Part shown: positions 17,880 to 29,013 of the stretch, in pieces
Layout of the letters: every line of letters starts with the position of its first letter
Position numbering within the stretch: the first letter of the stretch is position 1
The notes under the pieces: model-generated
The model's input: only the letters and a program-made list of their open reading frames with translations
Told to the model about the DNA's origin: nothing
Database searches by the model: none
Translations under genes and position numbers: made by a program
Assembly (NCBI GenBank): GCA_000092065.1
Contig: CP000595.1
DNA from: Ostreococcus lucimarinus
Lineage: Eukaryota
Length of the DNA: 64,000 bases
Direction: 5' to 3' (one strand)

Positions 17880-20800
17880 CTATTTTGGGGATTCCCGCGA
17901 GTTCGTGGAGTGCGCGGTGAGATGGCGCTCGTCCAAGGCGATTAAACGTTCGCCGCGTCGGTGTGTTCGAGCTTTCCAGCGCTCACGTAAATCTTGCAAC
18001 TGTGAGCTCAAAGCGCCGTGTTGCTGGCGAATAGTAATCGTAGAGTCAGCCTTGATCGTTTCAAGTAAATCGTCGTCGGCGAAAGGAAGACGTTGACCAG
18101 TCATGCTTCGAAGTTGGATGCGTTCGCTTTCCTTTGCCATTTTCTCTTGATGAATGATCTCTTCGTCTCTCTTGGCGTCGAATTCGTCGACAATCGCCTC
18201 TTCAAATTCCAAGTCGCGAATAGCGCGCTTGATGAGGCCTTCTTCGCCCTCTTCGCGGAACTGGCGAACCAACGTTCGGGCAAAATCATACCATGCCCAT
18301 GCGTGCAGGATGAACAACAAGGCCGTGATGAGATCGACAAAAGTCGAGCCTTGTCCACCTTGTTCGCCTGATTGTTTGAAAATCAGTCCGCCGGTGAATG
18401 TTGCCATAGTAGCAAGTAAGCCATGTGTCTCGATCTTTGCGTACTTTTCGCCGGCATACGGTTTTGCGACGATGTGGAATACAAAGAAAAGTTGCAACAT
18501 ACAATTCACCGTGTATCCACCAATGACTGCACTTCGTCTAGATACGATCACTATGAAGATCAGGATGAATTTTCTCGCGAATATGACCCATTCCCACCAC
18601 CACGCGGACTTGACATTGATTCCCTTGAAGAGCAAACCGAGACGATATTGCACCATTGCTGAATCGTGCTCGCCGACAATGTCTTCTCCGCGAGCGAGCT
18701 GCAGCAAACCGTATGGAATACCGACGATATACAGTATAGCCCAAACGATGACCATAAACAAGTAAAGTGAGTAGGCGGTGCCCCGGCATTGGACCGAATA
18801 GTCGGATACAAAGTGTCGATCGCTGTCGCCAGACGTACCAGTGCACTGCGTGAACTCAGCCAAATATTGAACAAGGGTGGGATAGAGAAGCCACAGAGTC
18901 GCGACGAGCCATGATATTACTATGTCGTAAGCTCTGATGTTTCGCACTTCTTCAAGACCGACATCGTGCTTGTTCACTTTATTCGTGTTACCACTATCGA
19001 TGGCGTTTGTTTCTTCATCTTCAGCAGAATCATTTGCCTTTGTCTTCTTCGTGGCTTCCACTCTAGCTTGGGCCGTTGCCTCTCTCAACTCTTCGACGTA
19101 CTTGATAACCGTGAAGATGATGAACAAGAATATCATCAAGCCTAGTGGGAGCAACTCGTGAAACAGTAGATTTCCGTAAAACTTCCAGCCAATGGCGCAC
19201 TTTGCTGACGCCGACCGTATGTCAGGTAACGAAAGCTTCTCGGCGATAAGTAAGAATGCTTTCATCGAATCCGGCCATGCGAGGTCTAAATTTTTCGCCA
19301 ACGCTGTCATTTGTAAATAGGTGACAAACGATTTTATCATGCCGACGACTTGTGAACTTCGGCGTTGATTGACAACCCGAATGAGCCACACCAGCAACAA
19401 TATCCAGAGAAAGTTGACGACGACGATCGGAAAGTTGAGCACTCGATATGCTCCTGCCGAACAATCGTAACATTTTGGTGGATATGCTTCTCGAATGGCG
19501 TGGTACGCATAACCATTCGCACAAGCTGCGCACATAGCACCAGTGTACCCTGCATCAAGACATGTGCTGTTTACGCCGCCTAGGCACGCGTCAGGGTACG
19601 GACACGCGCGAAATTTCAGCGTTTGTCGGTCAAATCTACTGAAACCAGGAAGCGCTTCGACATTTTCGAGCTCATCACCGTAACATTTTGCACCTTTCGG
19701 GCATGCCATACATTTGTAATCATCGAGTGGGAGTTGTCGATAATAGCTCTCGAATGGGACACTCGTTTGAGAGATGCAGTGGCAGGAACTCTTGCTCACG
19801 TGACCAAGGGCGCCTAAAAGTTGCACTCCTGACTGTGCTTGATATGTTTGCCTCAATCTGCCGTCAACTCGCGAAGTATCCATGGAGATTGGGCACGACG
19901 TGCATGCTCCGTCACCGTGCGCCACTTTGTAGAAGCCATTCTTGCACGGCACACACATGCCATACGGGTGAAGAGCATCGAGCCATCGAGATGACCCAGA
20001 TGTAGCTGTCTTATATAGAGTTATATTCGTTTCGACATAAATGGTATCGATATCTTCAGTATATCCCGTGCCTCCACTAATGTCGGCGGTGAAGCCAGGA
20101 ATGCACTCGCACACGCCAGAGCGAAGCACGCTGTTCGGTTTGACTGTTGAGCAATTCATGACCGTCGTTGGAGTTGAAGGTACGATACTCACATTCAACG
20201 TTGAAGCCGAAAAATTCAGCTCATAGGCATTCGCGCGCTCACCGATGATTGTGATTGAATCGAATTTCGCCAAGCCGTTCACCATCGCCGCCTCTGTCCC
20301 TGAAATGCTCGCCACAGCGGGCGATACACTGACCGTAAGCGTCGTATTGATATCGACGCACACGTTTCCTACAGAATCGATCGCCGCGATGACTGGTGCA
20401 GGCGAAAGTGCGAAGTCATTTTCGTTTATGAAGGGAGGTGCCGTGACGACGGCCAACGCTGTCGGCGCGCCAGGGACTACGGTGAACTCCAACATGTCAG
20501 TCTCCAGCACAGGATAGAGCGCACCAGGACATCGACTTGAGCCACATGATGAAGCGAATCGCAAGCGATAGGTCCCAGCTAATGCATTTTGAATATGCAG
20601 ACCGACATTATAGTGTGTGTCGGGCGCAATACCACTATACCCAGCCTCCCTGCAATATGATGGTGCGGGGTTGGTGTACACCACTCTGTACGTGTAAGCA
20701 CCAGTCGTGGGATTACTGGAGACCACAGTCCTCGGGCTAGAGTCAAGTGAATCTTTGCACCATCCCACTCCACCATTTACTGCGAGAAGAGATCCATCCC

Positions 20801-23800
20801 ATTCGGCTTGCAAGGTTGGTAGCACACTTGCCCGTGGTTGATCCTCCGCTGGCACGAAAGAAAATAGCTCAACCGTGATGTTACGCGCTTCGGTGTCCCA
20901 CATCGAGCCCACATGATAACCGCCAGGATCAGTCATTTGCACGACAAAGTCACGAAGATCCAGGGTTTGCGCTGCGATATATTGTGCAGGATCCCGACAC
21001 AAACCTCGGTCGACACGTGTGAACGAGTTACCGGTGCACGTGTCAAGCGCCGCTGGGTACCCAGCGCTGTAAGTCAGTTGTGTGGAGACCGAATCGAGAC
21101 CCGCTGTAGAAAACGTCAATGAGTACGTTCCGGTGCACGGTCGATAGAATACGATATCATCAAACACCGCTGTGCCCGCAACGATAGTCTGAGGTGTGTA
21201 TGATACATTCGTCTCAAAGTTGCAAGCGCTCACGACCACGCGCTCCGCCTTTACAGAAACTTCGTAATTTAGGTTGAGCGCATTCAAGCCTGCATCGACC
21301 ACACGAATCTGAATCATACTCAATTTTACTTTTTTTGCCGTGGAATACGCAGTCTGCAACGCGATTGCTGCACCGCTGGCAGGTGACGTGAAAGTCTGAA
21401 CAATTAATCCACCATTAATATTTTGCATGAAAAAGAAAAAATAAGTAAGCCTTACCGGTGAGATGAAAAGCGCACTTGCAGTGCCAATCGTAATCGTAAA
21501 TGTACGAGTCGCGGGCGCAACGCTGAGCCCTAACGCGGTACAATTGTCGCAGTTGAAAGAAATCACATAATCCCCGATCTGTAATTAATTGTGTGTGAGG
21601 ATGAAAGTTCTAATGAAATCTGTCATCAATGGGAGCGTACCTCTGGGGCATTGATCACTGTGTCACGAAGTAGTGTACTGTCGGTTCCCGCCGCTATGAC
21701 GCCATTTCTCCCGCTCGTCGCAAACGTATGCCTACATTTTGAATAAAATTAATTAATTCCGGTTATGAATTAATTAGAATCGAAACGTACCTTTGACCCA
21801 CGATACTGGCGATAATACTGTACTCGTGAGTGTTAAGCGACCCGAAACGATTACCTGCGTCATCTGCGATCGCAATTTCGAAAGGGCCGAGGGTTGTTGA
21901 TGCCGTCGCCGGGTATGATCCTTGTGGTGAATTTGCCACGACCAGTTTAGCTGGATCTCCTAACGCCACTGTTACCGCATAAGTCGCAACGGCCTTGCCG
22001 TTGAGATAAAATACGATATCGTGCTGCTGCGCAGTCGGCGCGAGCAGCACGAGGTTCTTAAACTCAACGACGCCGGGTGTGCCGCCCTGTGTATTTAAAT
22101 AAGTTAATTAATTGTTCTCCGTGAAATAAATAATTCATCGCGTTCGAGCATAGTTGACTCACCTGAGTTGCACACGTCGTAGTGCTACCACACGATATCG
22201 CAAAAGTTTCCCCTCCTATCAAGGGATTAATTCCCTGTGGATAAGCCGCCAATTCGGCGGTTTGGCAGACAACAAATATTTGTGCCCCGGTCGGCGAAGC
22301 CGAAATAAAATTCCCTCCGCCATCGTAAAGTCGCCCAACTAGAGGACTAGAAGCGTTCGCAATCGATGTTTCTAGCTTAGATTTGAATGTTCCACTACCT
22401 TGTGTTTCGTCGAGGATCAATTGTGCCGCATTTCCCAAAGTCACGGAAAAGTAGTACTGTGCACCCAGCAGACCCGGCGAGTGGATGTCGACGGCGTACG
22501 TACCGATGTACGGCTTGGCGATGTGTAGTCCATCAAAATAGCTTCCACCAGACTCAGTGTTGGCTTCAAAAGTCGCCACTGATGTACATGATACTCCATG
22601 CAGTGTCGACGATGTACTGGCAAGCCCAGCACATTCGCATGCGTTGCCTTCACCAGTTCTTCTGCACAAGGTGACATTTTGCGGCGATAAGTGCACACGT
22701 CTGCTAGGACATGTCTCGCAAGCTTTCGTTTCAAGATCATCGACGGGATTGAAAGCTCCGTCGAGAATAGTCACCACGACTGGGTACATTGCAACGTCCG
22801 ACGCGGCGCGATATTGATGACAAGTGCAGTTGACATTAGTTTGGCACGCTCCGTCGACTGTGGCGCAGTACGGCAGTAAGCCGAGGTGATTGGATCGCCC
22901 TGCCGTGATCTCTAAATCCACGCTTGCAGACCTCAAACTCGAATCGGACGACACGAAAGTCAAATTGTACGTTCCTTTCTGCGGCTTGACGAGATGCAAA
23001 CCTGAGAACGTCGCAGTCCCAGCGCTCGAAGTGGTTTCCACAAGAGAGCCGGTCCTCGGGTACAGTGAAGTATCTGTGTATACAGTAAGTACCGACGTTC
23101 TTGCGATTGTTGTCGCATTTGCACCGAGTATGAACGGATGAATTTCGACGTTTGTGTCATTCATCATCGCCGTCAACGTAACTCCGTTCGGCAAAGTCCC
23201 CGTCGGCGACTCATTTCCCGCCCCATCCACCGGTACGACGACGAAGTCATCCAGAGGCACAGAGTGCCCGGCTGAGTATGCTGTTGCCTCGGATAGTTGG
23301 ATGCTTTCAGTGAATGATGGTGAAAATTCTAAGACTTTGGGGCTGGTGACCTTGAATCCGCTCACGGCTCCAATCAAAACGCTCACCGTGAGAACTGTAC
23401 TTTGTAGCTTTCCCACGCGCAACTCGCCACTCACTTCAGCGCCAGTCTCAATGACATTAAGGGTGTGCGTACCGACTTTCGGTGAATTTGCAATCAAACC
23501 CGTGAAAGAAACTTGACCGTTGCCATTCGTGAACATCGCAGTCGTTCCAGAAAGTTTCAAAGTTTCGCAAGTCACTTGAATGGTACGATTTGGCGCTACT
23601 GCATCCGTGGTTGAGTGACGATCCGCGGTTCCCATTGAATTGCCGAGCATATCTTGAACGTATACCGTGAACGAACCCAATCCTACAGATTGATCAGCTG
23701 TTACCGATGATAATATCGATTGACTCGAAGCTAGTTCATATCCAGCATCTCCAGCTAGCACATTCACCACTTGGAGAACGGGTGTTAAATCGCCAGACGA

Positions 23801-26800
23801 GAATGTCAATCCGAACTCCCCGACGACAGGTCCGACTACTTTGAGATCAGAAAATCGCCATACACCGCTGTCGTCTCGTTTTACTTGCAAAGTACCATCC
23901 AAAGTGATACCAGCCGATGCATGTACGGTCACAGTACGCGGCGTAATTTCCGCCGCACCGACAAAGTTATTCCCCCCGTCGTATGCGCCAATGATAATTT
24001 CACCTACGGATTGCTTGGGTGCCTCGGCGTAAACTGTTCTCTTACTATACGTCCCATTTATACGAAGGTAAGACGGTTCGCCGATCTCCATTTGCATAAT
24101 TGAATGCGCGCGATATCGAACTCCATTCAACGTCGTCGTAAACTGAACAATGTACTTTGAAGCCTCGCCAAAGTCTCCTCGTGTGGCATCGCTATACGTG
24201 ATATCGTCCGTGGATCCTACAGCTCGTGAACCAGAAGGTGGCATAGCGACAAGTCTGAGATCTGAAAATGATACTCGACCATCATTAGTCGTCTTGTTCA
24301 GCGTTCCAGTGAGCTGGGCTCCGATACTTCTCTCTCTGTAGTCTTCGTTGCTGTTGAGTGTACCCGTCACGAGTGACGCTTGTACGGTGACGTCATCAAG
24401 AGATAGCGTCTGAAGCATACTTCCACCGATGTCAACGATGTCGACTGTCAAATGTCCGATCGATACGTTTCGGGCCGCGTCGAGCACGACGACATCTGTT
24501 GGAAATAACGTAGCACTTGATATCATAGAATTCTCCGTCGCCGCGCCGGGTGTCACCTTCAAACCACCGCTCGAACCTGGTGTTACGGATAAATAGGCGT
24601 GTGCAAGTACACCAAGGTCATCACTACATGCACCATCATCATTGGTACAATCGGTTGCGGTAAAAGTGATCACGTATTCCCCAGCGGTTGGTATCGAGGA
24701 TAGCTGTGGAGTGAATGTTGCGATGCCGTCCGAAGTCTGCACTGATGACGTTGCCTCGGTGATAGCGACCTCTGACGGCCCAGAAATACTCGCCGAAATT
24801 GTGTAACCTTTCGTACCTCCTTGACCACGGTCATAGTTGATTTCAGTTCCATCGATATCCACAAGTCCAACCTTGAACGTTCCAAGTGAGAAATCTGTCG
24901 CGGCAACTCGAGCTTGATGCGAATCCGGTCCACTCAAGAGCTTAACTCCAACTGGTGGTCCATGAAGCTTCAAAATCCCTCCACTAACGTAATCAATACC
25001 GTTCAGTGCAACTGCGACCTGCGCATCTTGCGGTTGTCCGTTCGTAAGCCATGGAAGCGGACTCCCAACTGGATTGGCGCACCTTCCATTGACTACATTG
25101 CACACAGGACACTTGATTTCTGACGAACTAACGAACACCGCACTGGTCACACTCGTCGTGTTATCGTTGAACTTACATTTTAAATCGGGCGAATTCAGAA
25201 ACGGACCTCCGAGTATGCGAAGCAGTACTGGCGCGAGATCGGCATCCTCGCCTGTGAGAAGAACCTTGGCGTCATCTGAACCAATCTTTGTACTAATTAT
25301 GACGGCTGGATCGTGATAACGTAGATATATCTGACCAGAGTTCCACAGCGAGTTGGTCCAAATGCTTGTTGGATCGCTCGAATCGGTTGGTAATCCATCG
25401 AACGATATTTGGACTTCGCTATAACCTATAGTGGAGGAGTTTGAATTTGACGCCGACGGTGCCATGCATGAGAGCTCTGTCGCCGAAACATAAGTTGCTG
25501 GCGACCAAGATGTCTTCGAAAACCCATTATTAGCGTCATAAGTGTGTCCAAACCTACATGAAATCGAATGACTCATTCCACTGGCAAGGGTAGGCGAATA
25601 AAAGCCAGATCCATGAATTTTTATCGGCGTTCCAGACGTGAGCGCGCTGATGTGAGTCGGCTCGATCCCCGAAACGATCACCGTGGAGTACTTTGTGTAC
25701 GTCGTACTCGCCGCAGAACTCACCGCGAACACGCTGCGCTCGCCCGGTACGGCGCTGATGCCACCGATGGTGTGGCTTTCTTCAAATGTCCCCACACGCT
25801 TGAAACAACCGCTTATACAAGCACTAGACGTGTCCGTACCCCCTATTTCGATCTTGACGATCCGACTCTTACCGCTTTCACGCGATCCCACGGCCCAGTA
25901 CATGAAATCTTTTTCTCCTGCCGTCGCTCCGGTTTGAACGGTAGCGCTCAGAGCATCACGCTCTCCGAGCGCTGCGTCAAGAGCAATCACGGCGAGTGGA
26001 CTATCGCCTTCAGCAAAATTCAAGTCAAACATGAAGATGCATGCCGCGCGATTTTTACACCCCGGACAGTCGCCGTCTCGACCTGAAGTGCCCACGTATC
26101 CATAGCCGTTGTGCTTTGTGATCGCAGTAAACGTCGAAAAGCGTCCTTGCTTTGAATCGAGCTGCCCTTCGCACGCCTCGAGCACCTTGACGTTTGTTGA
26201 GTCCAAATACATTTCAACCCCATCGCCGTCACGAGTCCCTGAGTTTGTATTCACCTTGAACAAAGTAGGATAAAAGGTTTTGCCATCGGAGTCATCCAAG
26301 AGGGCAGATCCAGCGAAGATGACATAGTTGACACCTGTTTGAGTATGCGCCACACTCGTCTCCAACCTCATGGCGTCCGGGGCAAGCGAACATGTGGGGC
26401 ATTTAGTGCTCAGTAAACCCGGAGCTAAGAAGTTTATTCCTTTATCGTTCAAACTGCCGTCGACGTGACCAATGACGCTTCGCGACAGACCGTCTTCGTG
26501 CGTGGCCTTGTACACTATCATGCCGTTGGCTGGGTCTGTGCCCATGGCATCCAAAATGTACTGCTCTTTTGAGAAAGTCGCACTCGCCTGACCATTTGTC
26601 AATGAACTGAGAACGCAGTTCGCCCACTGCGATGAATCTGATGAGCATGTAGTACCGACATACTTGAAAAGCGAAAATCTAAACTGATTTGCCGTGGTCT
26701 GATGCCACATGTTCACTGGCACGACGACGCCCGTCAGCGCTGTCGACAAATCGGCAGCCATTTTAGCGTACACTCCGTACCAACCGCGCGACTTCTGAGG

Positions 26801-27379
26801 ATCCACATGTCCATATGCTCTCGGATGCTTCGCTGCGCACCCGCTCGAGATCCCAATACCGCAAAAATTTGGCAAAGGTGTTATCGACAATGGCACCGCG
26901 CCCGTTGTCTCTCGTCTCGGTCCGTTCGTTTGTCCCCAACCTCTCGCCGTCACTGCGTTTGAGGTAAAAGTCTCCGGATACCTCGGATCGACTTCGATCA
27001 CTCGCGTTCCATTAGCATCTTGCGCGTAGACGTAAATTACGTTCTTTCGCGTGTCTACCATGACGTCTTCGACGTACTTTTCGTCGTACGCCGTCCCGGC
27101 GGTGTCGTACTCGTACCCCGCCGTCCCATCCAAGCGCGACTCTTTCACCACCGATGGCGTGGGAACATCGCACGCAAGTCCTGCCCATCCTGCCTCGCAC
27201 GCGCACACGCCGTCTAAGCCGCATCGCCCCTGTCCAGCGCTCGCCGAGCACCCGCGCTCGCAACGATTGAACGTCAAGCCTTGACATGAGTGCGCCAACG
27301 ACGCGATGACGACGACGAGCGCGACGGTGACGAGCGCTCTGAACCCTCGGCGCGAGCTTGTACGACCGTTACCACCCAT
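17880..27379 (-). CDS. Giant (about 3080 aa) receptor-like membrane protein, 5 exons: complement join(22163..27379, 21791..22086, 21641..21731, 21456..21578, 17880..21395)
   Basis: A signal peptide is followed by an EGF-like module and a long extracellular region of beta-sandwich (IPT/TIG-like) repeats. Next come GCC2/GCC3- or ephrin-receptor-like Cys modules (CVPCKNGFYKV..CTSCP), then 7-8 TM helices and a cytoplasmic coiled coil. ATG at 27379 (MGGNGRTSSRRGFRALVTVALVVVIASLAHSCQG). The three track ORFs 22064-27634, 21763-22050 and 17880-21566 are joined in frame. The four introns are 76, 59, 62 and 60 nt with GT..AG ends; the track ORFs read through them (for example VRLTYFFFFMQNINGGLIVQ is intron 4 translated). 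Confidence 0.6.
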
Positions 27380-27920
27380 CGTCGCGCGGCGAGCGGCGCT
27401 TGAAGTCGCGCGTTCCCGCACGCTCACCCCGCGTCCCGCGCGATGGCCGCGGCTTCCGACTTCACGAGACGATGCGACGCGCGCTCGAGCGCGTCGTCGG
27501 CGCGAGCGGCATGGACGACGAAGCGAATGAGCGCTGAGACGAAGTTTGTGTGTTATACACGCACCGCTCGGCGTCGACGCGGTGGAGTGACGCGGCGACG
27601 CGTTGACGCGAGACTCGACCACCAACGACTCCAAGCGACGAATGGAATCGTCGCGGCCGCCTCGGCGACGCGGTCGTTGGTTCGTTTGTGAGTTTATTTT
27701 CGTTTCAACGAGTTTTTACGCTTTGAAGAGTAATAATGGACTATTATTTTAGATATTGAAAAAGGAAAGTTGCAAACCCCAAGTCATGTCGCGAATCGCC
27801 CGTCTCGGCGCCCAAAGGCGCTTTGAGACGACGAGGTCGAAGACGCTAAACGTGCGATTTTGAGACGACCGCTCGATCGCGTGCGACGAATTTGAGTGAA
27901 ACTTTGAAATAATTTGAAAT

Positions 27921-28835
27921 TCACGCCTCAAGTGACGCTTGAGAGAGGTTTCTATACATTTCCAGAGATTTAACGGGATGGTACAGCGCGTCGCGGCGAA
28001 TCGGCGCAAGTCTGGGTACCGCGTCAAAGTCAAAGGCCGGACGCCAGCGCATGTAAGCTACGTCGGGACCCAAATCACGGAACGAGAATGTGTCGGAATT
28101 CACCGTGAGGAAAGTTGGTAGGAATGCCTCGTGATGTCCGCTGCTTCTGGTAGAAGTGGAGAGGTGCGCCACCGCGGCGGCGGCAAAGTTTCGCGAGATC
28201 CGAAACGCGGGCAACAAGGCACTTTGCTTGCACCAATTCGGAAGGCCTCGACAGTACGTGCAAGATGGCCAGTGATTCCATGCCGTCTTGTTTGAGTACC
28301 GAAATGTTGTGTTGAAAGCGATGAGATCACTCGAATCTGATTCGTATTTCTCAAAAAGCGTTTGCCACGAGCCGGTGAAAACCACGTCGGGCTCGATGAT
28401 CCAGCCGAAGTCGATCCACGCTTGATCTGGCTGCGTGAGCCATCTCAAGGCTCTTGGCTTCACTGAAGCACCGTATATTCCTGAGAACAACTCGAACGAA
28501 TGACTTCCGTAACGCAATCGTTCCACCTCCCGAGAGGCTTGCACGACTGTCGCGTCGTCGGCAGTTGACGTGTTGAACCAAGGGCGAAACTTGCCTTCAT
28601 AAACCAACACTTGGGCAGAGATTCGTGCAGAGCGAGTGTTCGAGAAAACCGTGTCGCGAGCGAGGCGGTGCAGATCGTCTAGTTTCCTGTCGTTACCAAC
28701 CGTCAGAATTACGACTGTGTGTACGCTACTTTTTGTTTCTGGAAGGGGGTAGAGAAAGGCGAAGAGAAACGAACCACACACGAGCACAAGGAGCAGCCAA
28801 CGCTTAGTCAGTTCACGAGCCCGGCGCTTGCGCAT
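27921..28835 (-). CDS. Type-II membrane (signal-anchor) protein, putative Golgi glycosyltransferase-like, family unknown
   Basis: N-terminal anchor WLLLVLVCGSFLFAFLY followed by a roughly 270-aa lumenal globular domain. ATG at 28835. No confident motif was found. Confidence 0.4.
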   Translation of the reverse strand: MRKRRARELTKRWLLLVLVCGSFLFAFLYPLPETKSSVHTVVILTVGNDRKLDDLHRLARDTVFSNTRSARISAQVLVYEGKFRPWFNTSTADDATVVQASREVERLRYGSHSFELFSGIYGASVKPRALRWLTQPDQAWIDFGWIIEPDVVFTGSWQTLFEKYESDSSDLIAFNTTFRYSNKTAWNHWPSCTYCRGLPNWCKQSALLPAFRISRNFAAAAVAHLSTSTRSSGHHEAFLPTFLTVNSDTFSFRDLGPDVAYMRWRPAFDFDAVPRLAPIRRDALYHPVKSLEMYRNLSQASLEA

Positions 28836-29013
28836 CTAAACGCACAGATTCAATAATCGACGCGGAGTTTTTTGTTTACATCAGCGTGCGCGCGCAGAGG
28901 TGCCGTTTTAGAAGTGCCGAGGCTCGAGGGCGCGTCGCGTCGCGTCGCGTCGTATCGCGTCGTGTACCGCGCATTCTACGTTTTCTATTTCACACATTCC
29001 CTTCTAAGTTATC

